A DNA stretch of 64,000 bases from Vulcanimicrobiota bacterium (GCA_963786105.1 CAWAXX010000017.1:128001-192000), one strand, 5' to 3'; shown: positions 27,136-36,467, numbered from the stretch's first letter. A program made the numbers and translations. The notes: generated by a model not told the origin, from the letters alone.

Positions 27136-28123
27136 AGAGCCGGCGATCGGCAGGCTGGTGATCGTCGAGGGAACCGAACGCGTTCTCGCCGACCGCGCGC
27201 TCGACGTCATTCTCGACCGGTTGCTGCCGCCGGACGTGCGCGACCTCAACGTGCAGCGTTTCGGGCCGGACGACGTTGATGACGCGGCCCGCGTGCGCGA
27301 GGCCGCCCAGGCGATGCCGTTTTTGGCCGAGCGTCGCGTCACCATCGTCGGCGACGCGCAGGCGTTGCGGGCCCAGCCGCGGCGCGATCTTTGGGCGGTG
27401 GCTCAAGCCGCGCCCGAGGGAAACACCTTGGTTATCGCCGATTTAATGTCGCCGCGCTCGGAGCGACCGCAAGCCTTTGGCGCACTGGCGGGGCGCGCCG
27501 CCTTGCGGATCGACACGACCGCCACCGACGACGTGCGCGAGCGATTCGTGGACGAGACGCTGGAACGCCTCGGCGCCAAGGCTGAGGCGCGCGTCGTCGA
27601 CGCGCTCGTGCGCAGCGGCGCCGATCTCGCGTCGGTACGTAACGACCTCGAAAAGCTGGCGTTGGAGGGAACGAAGATCGCGTTGCACGACTTAGAGCGA
27701 GAATCGTTATCGATAGAAGATCCTAAGGCCTACAAGTATGCCGGCGCACTTGTCGAGGGACGCATTGCGGCGGCGCTGGAAATTGCGCACGAATGCTTTG
27801 CCAGCGAGCCGCGGAATGCGGCGATTTCGCTGCTCTCGGCGCTTGCAACCGAATGCGGATATCTCTGGGAGTTAGCCCGGCCGGGCGGCTCGCTTCCAGC
27901 GCGCCTCCGCTGGCGCGAACGCGTGCTGCGGCCGGTCGCCCAGCGCGTCGGCGAACGGCGCGCGCGAATTGCCCACGAGCGCGCCGTGCGGGGCATCGAA
28001 GCGATCGTCACCGGCCGCGCCGGCAGCGATCCCGACGAGCATCGAACGCTGGTCGAGCGGATCAGCGTGGAACTGTCGGGCATCTCCTCACGTCCTAAGC
28101 AACCGGCACCCGCGAAGGGTTAG
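27110..28123 (+). CDS. holA: DNA polymerase III delta subunit
   Basis: G.E..L; MPFLAERRV; ..NDLEKLAL; typical length. Confidence 0.75.
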   Translation: MKFYDFLDKEPAIGRLVIVEGTERVLADRALDVILDRLLPPDVRDLNVQRFGPDDVDDAARVREAAQAMPFLAERRVTIVGDAQALRAQPRRDLWAVAQAAPEGNTLVIADLMSPRSERPQAFGALAGRAALRIDTTATDDVRERFVDETLERLGAKAEARVVDALVRSGADLASVRNDLEKLALEGTKIALHDLERESLSIEDPKAYKYAGALVEGRIAAALEIAHECFASEPRNAAISLLSALATECGYLWELARPGGSLPARLRWRERVLRPVAQRVGERRARIAHERAVRGIEAIVTGRAGSDPDEHRTLVERISVELSGISSRPKQPAPAKG

Positions 28124-28907
28124 TCCGCGCGGCGGCAACGAGCGGCCGCAGGAAGCGTTCCGCCGCTGCGGCCGCGTCGCTTCCAACTCGACCGGCGAGT
28201 GCGTCCACGAGTGCGCTCCCGACGACGAGCGCCTCGGCCGCAGGAGCGAGAAGCGCAATTTGGGAGCTATTCGACAGTCCGAAGCCTACGGCAATTGGAC
28301 GCTTCACGCGTGCGCGTAGTGCTCCGAGGCGATCTTGAAGGGTCTGAATGTCGGGCGCGCTCGAGGCACCAGTGACTCCGAGACGCGAGACGAGGTACAC
28401 GAACGCGTCGCTCGCCTGCGCGATACGAACCGCCCGCTCGAGCGGCGTGGTCGGCGACGCGATCAGCACGAGCGCGATGCCGCTCGCGCGCAGCGTCGTC
28501 GCGAGAAGCGAGATTTCCTCGAACGGCAAATCCGCGACGATCGCGCCGGCGACGCCGGCCCGCTTGGCATCGAGGGCAAACTTCTCGACGCCGTACCGTA
28601 CGATCGGATTGAGATATCCAAACAGGACGATCGCCGGACCGCCGCGCGCGTGTGCGCAAAGCTCGAGCGTCTGCGCGAGCGTCGTTCCCGAGTCGAGCGC
28701 TCGCTGCGCGGCATGAGCGATGGTTTTTCCGTCGCCCACCGGATCGCTAAACGGCATGCCGACCTCGACGATCTCCGCACCGGCGTGCGCGAGCCCTTGG
28801 ATCACGGCGCGCGACGTTGCGATGTCCGGATCGCCGGCGCAAACGTACGGAATGACGAGACTGCGCCCGTCGGAAGCGCGCGCGAAAATCGCGTCCAGAC
28901 GATTCAT
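28095..28907 (-). CDS. trpA: Tryptophan synthase alpha chain
   Basis: PYV.AGDP; EVGMPFSDPVGDG; YLNP; YLVSRLGVTG; VGFG; VVGSA. Confidence 0.95.
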   Translation of the reverse strand: MNRLDAIFARASDGRSLVIPYVCAGDPDIATSRAVIQGLAHAGAEIVEVGMPFSDPVGDGKTIAHAAQRALDSGTTLAQTLELCAHARGGPAIVLFGYLNPIVRYGVEKFALDAKRAGVAGAIVADLPFEEISLLATTLRASGIALVLIASPTTPLERAVRIAQASDAFVYLVSRLGVTGASSAPDIQTLQDRLGALRARVKRPIAVGFGLSNSSQIALLAPAAEALVVGSALVDALAGRVGSDAAAAAERFLRPLVAAARTNPSRVPVA

Positions 28908-30070
28908 ATGCGCGCGAGATCCTTGTCGCCGCGGCCGCTGAAACTTACCAGGATGAGATCGTCGGGAGCGCTTCGCCGGCTCAGTTGCTCGACGAACGCG
29001 AGAGCGTGCGCCGTCTCCAGTGCGGGGAGAATTCCTTCGAGAGTAGCGCAGCGCCGGAATGCCGCCACCGCTTGTTCGTCGGTCGCGCTCACGTATCGAA
29101 CGCGACCGGTTTCGTGCAGGTGTGCGTGCTCCGGTCCGACGCCCGGATAGTCCAGGCCCGCCGCTACCGACTGCGTTTCGCGGATTTGCCCGTCGCCGTC
29201 TTGCAGCACGTACGAACGAGCGCCGTGCAAGTAACCCATGCTACCGGTCCCCAGGGTGGCGGCGGTGTCGTTCCGATCGATGCCGTTGCCCGCCGCTTCG
29301 ACGCCCCACAAACGCACCGCCGGATCGGCGAGAAATGCCGAGAACATGCCGATCGCGTTGCTGCCTCCCCCCACGCAGGCCACCACGTCGGTCGGCAAGC
29401 GGCCGTACCGATGCACGATCGTTTCGCGCGCTTCGCGACCGATCGTGCGCTGGAATTCTCGGACGAGGTACGGGTAGGGATGCGGTCCGACGACGCTGCC
29501 GACAAGATAGTATGCGTCGGTGCAGGAGCCGGCCCACTCGCGTAGCGCCTCGCCGGTTGCGTCCTTGAGCGTTTTCGTTCCGCTCTCGACGCGGACGAGG
29601 GTTGCTCCGAGGGCGTTCATCGCGCGCACGTTGGCGGCTTGACGTTCGGCGTCGCGAGCTCCCATGAAGATTTCGACCGGCAAACCGAGTCGTGCGCCGA
29701 TGGTTGCCGCGGCAACGCCGTGCTGTCCGGCACCGGTTTCCGCGATGATGCGCGATTTACGCATCCGCCGTGCCAGCAACCCTTGCCCTACGGCGTTGTT
29801 GATCTTGTGCGAACCGGTGTGATTCAGGTCTTCGCGCTTGAAAACGACGACGGCCGGCCCACCCGCGAACGCGCGCGACGATTCCAGCAGCGGTGAAGGA
29901 CGCCCGACGAAATCGCGCAACAACGCGGCGTATTCGTCCCAAAAAGCCGGGTCGGCGAACGCTTTGGCAACGCCGCGCTCCAGTTCGGTCAGCGCCTGGT
30001 GCAAGACTTCAGGAACGAAGCGTCCGCCGAAGGCGCCGTAGTACCCGCTACGAAGCGTAGACTGCTGCAT
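28904..30070 (-). CDS. trpB: Tryptophan synthase beta chain
   Basis: FGGRFVPE; KREDLNHTGSHKINN; AETGAGQHG; CVGGGSNAIG; GLDYPGVGPEH; SGRGDKD. Confidence 0.97.
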   Translation of the reverse strand: MQQSTLRSGYYGAFGGRFVPEVLHQALTELERGVAKAFADPAFWDEYAALLRDFVGRPSPLLESSRAFAGGPAVVVFKREDLNHTGSHKINNAVGQGLLARRMRKSRIIAETGAGQHGVAAATIGARLGLPVEIFMGARDAERQAANVRAMNALGATLVRVESGTKTLKDATGEALREWAGSCTDAYYLVGSVVGPHPYPYLVREFQRTIGREARETIVHRYGRLPTDVVACVGGGSNAIGMFSAFLADPAVRLWGVEAAGNGIDRNDTAATLGTGSMGYLHGARSYVLQDGDGQIRETQSVAAGLDYPGVGPEHAHLHETGRVRYVSATDEQAVAAFRRCATLEGILPALETAHALAFVEQLSRRSAPDDLILVSFSGRGDKDLARI

Positions 30071-30710
30071 CGGCTTCTCGAACGGCACGAACGAAGGCAT
30101 GCATCTTGGCGAGCGACTTTTGCTGCGCCGCTTCGATTCCCGAGCGCACGTCGACACCGAACGGCCGCGTGATGCGGATGCAGGTGCCCACGTTGCTCGA
30201 ATCGAGGCCGCCGGCGACCATCACGGCGCGACGGGCGGCGATGCCGGCGATTCGATCCCAGCAAAAAGCGCGTCCGGTCCCGCCTAGGCGATCGACGCTC
30301 GCCGTATCGAACACCGGAATCTCTTCGGGCGCGTACGCAACGTCCACCGCCGTGCGTTCCCACGGCGACAAACGAACCACGCGCAGATACGGTGCGCCGC
30401 CGGTCAAACGACGTGCGCTTGCGGCATCGATCGGCGCCGCAAACTGAATGGTGAATCCGGCGTCGCGTAGTCGCGGCACCACGGACACGTCTTCGCCGAC
30501 GACCGCAACCAACGAGCGCGGGCGTGGCTGCGATTTCGCGAGCTCGCCGGCCATGCGCAGATCGATTCGTCGCGGGCTGGGCGCGAGAATCGCGCCGATG
30601 GCGTCGGCGCCGGCTTCGAACGCTAGGGCGGCCTCGTGCGCGTTGGTGATGCCGCAGAACTTGATCGTCGTTCGCGGGCGCTCGCTCGTTCGTACCACCG
30701 GTAGCGTCAT
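30048..30710 (-). CDS. trpF: Phosphoribosylanthranilate isomerase
   Basis: IKFCGIT; GADAIG; SPR; GGTG..F.W; AGGL...NV; GVDV.SG.E. Confidence 0.92.
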   Translation of the reverse strand: MTLPVVRTSERPRTTIKFCGITNAHEAALAFEAGADAIGAILAPSPRRIDLRMAGELAKSQPRPRSLVAVVGEDVSVVPRLRDAGFTIQFAAPIDAASARRLTGGAPYLRVVRLSPWERTAVDVAYAPEEIPVFDTASVDRLGGTGRAFCWDRIAGIAARRAVMVAGGLDSSNVGTCIRITRPFGVDVRSGIEAAQQKSLAKMHAFVRAVREADAAVYAS

Positions 30711-31759
30711 CGGCCGCCGGATTCCCGAGCGCGATCGAAGACCTTGCGCGCGGCTCCCGAATGAAGGGCTTGGCGCGCCAGCGCCAGTCCTTCGCGGAGC
30801 GAATCCACGCGCTCGGCGACTTGGAGGGCGAGAGCCGCGTTGAGCGCGACGACGTCCGCTCGAGGCGAGTGTTCCCCATCGAGAATCGCCAGCAGTGCCG
30901 CCGCATTAGCGCAGACGTCTCCTCCGGCGAGTGCTGCGCGCGGCGCGGCGATGCCGTAGTCGGCGGGTTCGATCTCGTAACGCAGTACGCCGCTTCGGTC
31001 GAAACGATAGACGGAGGTCGGTCCGTCACCGGCGACTTCGTCCAGACCGCTCTTCGAGTGAATCACGGCGGCAGCTTCGGTTCCGAGCGCGCGGAGCGCG
31101 CTTCCGACGAGTTCGACGTGTTCCGGCCGCGCAACGCCGACGATTTGCCGGGTCGCGCGCGCGGGGTTGGCGAGCGGGCCGATCACGTTAAAGATCGTCC
31201 GGACGCCTAGCTCGCGACGAATCGGAGCGACGTTTTTCAACGCGGGGTGATAGTACTGGGCGAACAAAAACGCAAACCGCTCGCCTTCGAGGCATCGGGC
31301 CGCCTGCTCGGGTGGGCGATCGAGCGATATTCCCAGGTACTCGAGGACGTCGGCGCTTCCGCAGCGGCTGGATGCGGCCCGGTTGCCATGCTTGGCTAGC
31401 GGCACGCCGCAAGCTGCGACGATGAATGCGGCGCAGGTAGAGACGTTGATCGTTCCGGCTCGATCGCCCCCGGTTCCGCAGACGTCCATCACCAGCGGAA
31501 GATCGTGAGGAACGATCCGCGAACGCGCGCGCAGCGCTCGAGCGGCGCCCACCAGCTCGCAAATTACCTCGCCCTTTCCCGCGAGCGCGGCGAGGAACCC
31601 GGCGCCTTGAGCCGGCGTCCAAAAACCGTCGACGAGCGCGCCGACGGCCGTCGACATGGCTTCGGCGTCGAGGTGACGGCGAGCAAGCATGCCGCTTATT
31701 ACGTCCGGGAACGGCGGCAGATCGGTTGTTGAGGGAAACGCGGATTGCGGCGATAGCAC
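30707..31759 (-). CDS. trpD: Anthranilate phosphoribosyltransferase
   Basis: DVCGTGGD; NVST; KHGNRAASS..GSADVLE; RTIFN..GPLANP; GLDE. Confidence 0.96.
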   Translation of the reverse strand: MLSPQSAFPSTTDLPPFPDVISGMLARRHLDAEAMSTAVGALVDGFWTPAQGAGFLAALAGKGEVICELVGAARALRARSRIVPHDLPLVMDVCGTGGDRAGTINVSTCAAFIVAACGVPLAKHGNRAASSRCGSADVLEYLGISLDRPPEQAARCLEGERFAFLFAQYYHPALKNVAPIRRELGVRTIFNVIGPLANPARATRQIVGVARPEHVELVGSALRALGTEAAAVIHSKSGLDEVAGDGPTSVYRFDRSGVLRYEIEPADYGIAAPRAALAGGDVCANAAALLAILDGEHSPRADVVALNAALALQVAERVDSLREGLALARQALHSGAARKVFDRARESGGR

Positions 31760-31790
31760 GGAAGCCTCTCTACTCGGCGATGCAGCGAAT

Positions 31791-31818
31791 AAAAAAAAAC
31801 CGCCCGGTGCGGGCGGCT
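31791..31818 (-). terminator. Attenuator terminator upstream of trpD
   Basis: On the minus strand AGCCGCCCG-CAC-CGGGCGG followed by U9, between the leader ORF and trpD. Confidence 0.9.
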
Positions 31819-31846
31819 CATACGACCAAGGGTCGAACGCGCGCGG

Positions 31847-31912
31847 CTACGCCACCGGAACTCTGACGTTCGGAAGCCACCACCACGCGGTAAGAGCAAG
31901 AATACGATTCAT
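31847..31912 (-). CDS. trpL: Trp leader peptide MNRILALTAWWWLPNVRVPVA (trpDFBA arm)
   Basis: 21-codon ORF with three consecutive TGG codons directly before a U-tailed hairpin. Confidence 0.88.
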   Translation of the reverse strand: MNRILALTAWWWLPNVRVPVA

Positions 31913-31920
31913 TGGAGTCG

Positions 31921-31963
31921 ACTCTAGCACACGGTTGACATCATCGCAAGAGCGTGCTACCGT
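31921..31963. promoter_or_regulatory. Overlapping divergent sigma70 promoters
   Basis: Plus: TTGACA (31935-40), 17 nt, TACCGT (31958-63). Minus: TTGCGA (31944-49), 17 nt, TAGAGT (31921-26). Both have a TGn extension. Confidence 0.75.
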
Positions 31964-31970
31964 CGGCCAC

Positions 31971-32021
31971 ATGATTCTACGTCGCGGTAACGGCCGCTGG
32001 GGATGGCGCAACAACTCATGA
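31971..32021 (+). CDS. trpL: Trp leader peptide MILRRGNGRWGWRNNS (trpEGC arm)
   Basis: 16-codon ORF with W-G-W, followed by mutually exclusive hairpins and a terminator. Confidence 0.85.
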   Translation: MILRRGNGRWGWRNNS

Positions 32022-32063
32022 ATTCGTGAGGTTGTAACGCCATTGCGCCGCCGCACTTTTGCC

Positions 32064-32089
32064 GACCACCTCACTCGAGGTGGTTTTTT
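32064..32089 (+). terminator. Attenuator terminator upstream of trpE
   Basis: GACCACCTC-ACTC-GAGGTGGTT plus T run; GTGAGGTTGT (32026-35) can pair with its 5' arm as an antiterminator. Confidence 0.9.
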
Positions 32090-32121
32090 ATTGGTCTTCC
32101 TGCCTTCGGGAGAATGTCGTC

Positions 32122-33552
32122 ATGCCCTCAATCGCAGATCGGCTCGAGGTCGACGTTCGGGAGCTCTCTGCCGCGGAGCTGACGCCGGCGTCCGCGTATG
32201 AAGCACTGCGCGGTTGCGGTAGCGGCGCACTCGTCGAAAACGCCGCAAGAGCGAAAGGTGGTGCACCCGACGCGCTGATCGCGTTGGATCCGATTGAGAC
32301 GATGGTGCACAACGACGATCCGGGCATGCTGGAAAAGATCCGGTCGACCTTCGAACGGTATCGGCTCGCCCTCGCATCGCCGCCGCCAGGTTACGGCTTG
32401 ATCTGCGCGTTCGCATACGATGCGGCCCTGGCAATTCACGGCATCGCGGCGAGACCGCGAGCAAACCGGTTTTTTGGTGACGCCTGCGCGTTCGTTCCGG
32501 GAACGTGGGTATGGTTCGACCCGGATGCGGGCCGCGTGTCGCTGGCGGGGATATTCGGCAGCCGCGCGGAGCAGATCGCGGTAGCCCGGCGGCTCGACGA
32601 ATACGTTCGCCGTCTGTCGAACGTTGCGCGCAAAGCGAATCCTTCGACTACGCGCCTGCGGCGCTCCGCTCAGGATGACACCACTACGCGCCTGCGGCGC
32701 TTCGCTCCGGATCAACAGGAAATTTCGGCGTCGCTCTCACGGCGTGCTTTTCTCGCCAGAGTTGCGAAGGCGCAACGCGCGATCAGGCGCGGTGACGTGT
32801 ACCAACTCGTCGTGGGCATCCAGTTTTCGTGCCCCTATCGCCACGATGCGCTCGCGTTGTACGAGCGCTTGTCGGTGCGAAATCCTTCGCCGTGCAAGTT
32901 CTTAATCGAACTCGGCGGCCGCGCGCTGGTGGGTGCGTCGCCGGAGTTCCTCGTGCGTCTCGAAGGCCGGCGTGCGGAGGTTCGGCCGCTGGCCGGAACG
33001 CGCCAGCGCGGAGAAACGGCGGAACGCGATGCAGATTTGGCGGCCGAGCTGCGCGGCGACGCGAAGGAGCGAGCCGAACACGTGATGCTGGTCGACTTGG
33101 GTCGCAACGACCTATCCCGCGTATGCCAAGTGGGCAGCGTTCGCGTCGACCGAGCGCTTGCGCTCGAACGCTACAGCCACGTCATGCACCTCGCTTCGCA
33201 GGTGTCGGGCCGACTTGCGGACGGACGCGATGCGTTCGATTTGTTTGGAGCGACGTTTCCAGCCGGCACCGTTACCGGAACCCCCAAGCGCCGGGCGATG
33301 GAGTTGATCGAGGCGCTCGAGCCGACGGCGCGAGATGCGTATGCGGGTAGCGTCGCCCACTTTCGTTTCGACGGATCGCTCGACGCTGCGCTAACGCTGC
33401 GCAGCATCGTGCTCGCCGGCGATCGAGCGATCTGGCAGGCCGGCGCGGGAATCGTACATCCCAGCGATCCCGCGTGCGAATACGCCGAAGTGCTGGCAAA
33501 GGCGAGGATTTCACGCATCGTGCTCGGTCTGGAGGAAGCCGGCGTTGCGTAG
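32122..33552 (+). CDS. trpE: Anthranilate synthase component I (divergent)
   Basis: GDVYQ; NPSP; GASPE; PLAGTR.RG; KERAEHVMLVDLGRND; FPAGT; QAGAGIV. Confidence 0.9.
   Translation: MPSIADRLEVDVRELSAAELTPASAYEALRGCGSGALVENAARAKGGAPDALIALDPIETMVHNDDPGMLEKIRSTFERYRLALASPPPGYGLICAFAYDAALAIHGIAARPRANRFFGDACAFVPGTWVWFDPDAGRVSLAGIFGSRAEQIAVARRLDEYVRRLSNVARKANPSTTRLRRSAQDDTTTRLRRFAPDQQEISASLSRRAFLARVAKAQRAIRRGDVYQLVVGIQFSCPYRHDALALYERLSVRNPSPCKFLIELGGRALVGASPEFLVRLEGRRAEVRPLAGTRQRGETAERDADLAAELRGDAKERAEHVMLVDLGRNDLSRVCQVGSVRVDRALALERYSHVMHLASQVSGRLADGRDAFDLFGATFPAGTVTGTPKRRAMELIEALEPTARDAYAGSVAHFRFDGSLDAALTLRSIVLAGDRAIWQAGAGIVHPSDPACEYAEVLAKARISRIVLGLEEAGVA
32640..32712 (+). repeat. Dispersed REP-like repeat, tandemly duplicated (36-nt period), in-frame inside trpE
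   Basis: Exact core CGCTCCGCTCAGGATGACA at 32662-32680; ACTACGCGCCTGCGGCGCT.CGCTC repeated at 32647 and 32683. Confidence 0.8.
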
Positions 33553-34138
33553 ATCGGTCTTACTCGTGGACAGCTACGATTCGTTTACCCAGAATATCGC
33601 GCACGCGATGGCCATGATGGGTCCCGCCGTTGACGTCGTGACCGTCGACGACGTCGGTCCGAAAGACATGGTCCGATGCGACGCCGTCGTCCTAGGTCCT
33701 GGCCCGGGCGCGCCGCACGACGGCGACCGTCTCGCGCAAATTTTGTTGCAGACGATCGAAGCCGGGCTACCGGCATTGGGCATCTGTTTGGGAATGCAAG
33801 CAATCGCGCGCTATTACGGCGCGCGCGTCGTTCGAGCTCCGCGACCGGTACACGGTGAAGTTGCCACCGTCGATCACGACGGACGAGGACTCTTCGAAGG
33901 CATTCCGTCCCCGTTACGGGCGATGCGGTACCACTCGCTCTGCGTTGCGCCCGAGACGCTTCCCGCGACCCTGCGCGTTAACGCCACCAGCCGGGACGGC
34001 GTCGTTCAAGGAATCCACGATTGCGAACGTCCGGTCTATGGACTGCAGTTCCATCCGGAGTCGTTTTTGTCCGAGCACGGCAGCGCCCTATTGGCCAATT
34101 TTCTGGCGCGCTCGCGGGAAACGGCACGTGCCGGTTAA
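33545..34138 (+). CDS. trpG: Anthranilate synthase component II (glutamine amidotransferase)
   Basis: DSYDSFT.N; GPGPG.P; LGICLGMQ; RYHSL; QFHPES. Confidence 0.93.
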   Translation: MRRSVLLVDSYDSFTQNIAHAMAMMGPAVDVVTVDDVGPKDMVRCDAVVLGPGPGAPHDGDRLAQILLQTIEAGLPALGICLGMQAIARYYGARVVRAPRPVHGEVATVDHDGRGLFEGIPSPLRAMRYHSLCVAPETLPATLRVNATSRDGVVQGIHDCERPVYGLQFHPESFLSEHGSALLANFLARSRETARAG

Positions 34139-34982
34139 CGTGCTCGAACGGATCTACGCGTCAAAGGCGGCGGCGCAGGATCTTGAAATGATGCGCGAAC
34201 CGTACGAAGCTCTGCGATCGCGTGCGCTGAAGCGGACGAACGGACGCCGGCCGTTTCTCCAAGCGCTCTGCCGGAAGCCGAATCTGGCGGTCGTCGCCGA
34301 GGTTAAGCGCGCGTCACCATCGGCCGGGCTCATCGCCAAGGCCTTCGATCCGCGGCGGATCGCAAGAGACTACGAGGCGGCTGGTGCCGCGGCGATCAGC
34401 GTGCTTACGGAAGAAGAACATTTTCTCGGCAGTTTGTCGTACCTCGACCTAGTTCGAAGCGTGACGTCGCTCCCGCTTCTGCGAAAAGATTTTCTCTGGA
34501 CGAGGTACCAGGTCGCGCAATCGGCGGCTCGCGGCGCAGACTGCATTTTGTTGATCCTTGCCGGCATAGACGACGGAGCGCTGCACGACTGCCTCGACGA
34601 GGCGCGCCGGTACGCCCTCGACGTGCTGGTTGAAGTACACGACGAGGCAGACCTAGCACGGGCAAAAGCGGTTGGAGCGGACCTCATAGGCATCAACAAT
34701 CGCGATCTCCGGACCTTCGCGATCGACCTTGGGGTGAGCGAACGTCTGTTGCCGAGCGTGCCGTCCGGCGTTTTCGCGATGAGTGAGAGCGGCATACGAT
34801 GCGGCTTGGATGCCGCTCGCGTGCGCCGGGCCGGGGCGCGGGGGCTTCTGATCGGCGAGTCGCTGATGCGAGCCGCCGACCCAGGTGTATTTATCGCAGG
34901 GCTGACTTCTGCGATTGCGCTACGGAAAGACCGGAAAGGCCAGAAAGACGACGCCCAGCAAAGCGATGAATCCTCCGCTTAA
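34128..34982 (+). CDS. trpC: Indole-3-glycerol phosphate synthase
   Basis: AEVKRASPS.G; SVLTE..F.GS; LRKDF; LVEVH; GINNRDL; SESGI; LIGESLM. Confidence 0.95.
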   Translation: MPVNVLERIYASKAAAQDLEMMREPYEALRSRALKRTNGRRPFLQALCRKPNLAVVAEVKRASPSAGLIAKAFDPRRIARDYEAAGAAAISVLTEEEHFLGSLSYLDLVRSVTSLPLLRKDFLWTRYQVAQSAARGADCILLILAGIDDGALHDCLDEARRYALDVLVEVHDEADLARAKAVGADLIGINNRDLRTFAIDLGVSERLLPSVPSGVFAMSESGIRCGLDAARVRRAGARGLLIGESLMRAADPGVFIAGLTSAIALRKDRKGQKDDAQQSDESSA

Positions 34983-35687
34983 GACTTCGCCGTACCGCTC
35001 GACGGGACCCAGGTTCATTTTTTGAGCGCTTCGCGCGGATAAGACGCATACGATCGCGTACGTCGCGATCGTCGAGAACGCGAAGACCAGCGCCATCGTG
35101 AGTAAGAGCCCGATGCCGTACCGGCTCGCCGCGAAAAACGCCGGTATACCTTCGACCATCGGAGACGAGCCGACGATCAGCAGCAGCGCGGTCCGCGCCG
35201 ACGTATCGTGAGCGTGTTCGTGAGCTGCTTTCGACGGGCCGGTACCGGCGTGCCAGTCATCTTCGTGGTGCTCGTGCCAGTGGCGATGTTCGAGGCCTTC
35301 GTGTCGATGGACGTGAGCGTGGCCGTGGTGCGAGTGGCCATGAGAACGGTCGTGCCGGCGGATGTCGCGTAGGCTACTCGAGGCAATCCACCCTCCGAAG
35401 ACGACGAGCGCGATGCTCGAGAGCGTCGAAACGAGGTGGCCATAGTGCAGCGCCAGACCGGCCCCTGCGAGCCAAAATACGATCGCGATCGCCAGCGTCG
35501 AAATCGTATGACCCATTCCGGCAACGGCCGCAGTGCGTGCCGTTTGCGCCACCGTCCATCCTCGTTGTCGTGCGAGCAGCGCAATAGGCGCCCAATGGTC
35601 CGGAACGAGTGTGTGGAGAACGCCGACGAGAGCTACGGCTAAGACCAACAAGTAGGCTGATGCGCCGGACACGCATTCACAATTCAC
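34920..35687 (-). CDS. His-rich nickel/cobalt transporter (NiCoT/RcnA/UreH-like)
   Basis: GVLHTLVPDHW; GHT.ST; central His-rich loop; multiple TM segments. Confidence 0.8.
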   Translation of the reverse strand: MNCECVSGASAYLLVLAVALVGVLHTLVPDHWAPIALLARQRGWTVAQTARTAAVAGMGHTISTLAIAIVFWLAGAGLALHYGHLVSTLSSIALVVFGGWIASSSLRDIRRHDRSHGHSHHGHAHVHRHEGLEHRHWHEHHEDDWHAGTGPSKAAHEHAHDTSARTALLLIVGSSPMVEGIPAFFAASRYGIGLLLTMALVFAFSTIATYAIVCVLSARSAQKMNLGPVERYGEVLSGGFIALLGVVFLAFPVFP

Positions 35688-35728
35688 GCAACCGTCACGA
35701 TATCCCGCGCTCGAGCGCTGGGCGTTCC

Positions 35729-36460
35729 ATGCGGGTCTTGGCGCTGGCGGCGGCTCTACTCGCCTTCGTGGCGGCGACGGCTCCGCGCGAACTCGTCTAC
35801 ACGTATTCGTTCGAGAGCGATCGGCGCGACGAATCGGACAAGGCGTACGGGAGCGATAAAATGGACCCCGGTGGCGGCGGGACGTTTCTGTTCCGTAACG
35901 TCAATCAGCATTACCGGTCGCCGAGTTTCGACGGACCGCAGTCGCGCTCGGGTTCGATCGAGGTGCGCGTGGAACGCGAGCAGCCCGGCGGCGGATTGGT
36001 ACTTGCGGTGCGCGAGTTCCCGGCGCCGGCAGCCGGTGCCGATCCGGTCACGTGCGTAGCCTTCGGTGACACTACGGTCGTGTGCGATCCCAGCCGCGAC
36101 GTAACCCCCGAAGTATCGACGCTTTTGGCGACGCTGGGAACCGGCTTTGTCGACGCCTCGCGTCTCGACGCCGCGCGGCACTGGCGCATCGATCCGCGCG
36201 CGGACTATGGGACGATCGCCGACTTTTCGATCGTCCGCAGTGCCGGCACGGTGTTGGAGATCGACGAAACGGGCGTCCGCACGCGGAGCGGGTCACCTCG
36301 CAAGACGACGATCGGCGCCACGATCGAATACGATGCGGCGCGCTCCGTGCCGCTATCGCTCGATGCGTCGACCGTCGAACACGCCCAGCGGGGTGTCGTC
36401 TCCGAAACGATATCGACGCACACGACGCTAAAGCTCGAGACCGACACATCGCCTAGATGA
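35729..36460 (+). CDS. Secreted hypothetical protein
   Basis: Signal peptide MRVLALAAALLAFVAATA; beta-rich mature part. Confidence 0.65.
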   Translation: MRVLALAAALLAFVAATAPRELVYTYSFESDRRDESDKAYGSDKMDPGGGGTFLFRNVNQHYRSPSFDGPQSRSGSIEVRVEREQPGGGLVLAVREFPAPAAGADPVTCVAFGDTTVVCDPSRDVTPEVSTLLATLGTGFVDASRLDAARHWRIDPRADYGTIADFSIVRSAGTVLEIDETGVRTRSGSPRKTTIGATIEYDAARSVPLSLDASTVEHAQRGVVSETISTHTTLKLETDTSPR

Positions 36461-36467
36461 CGCGGCG

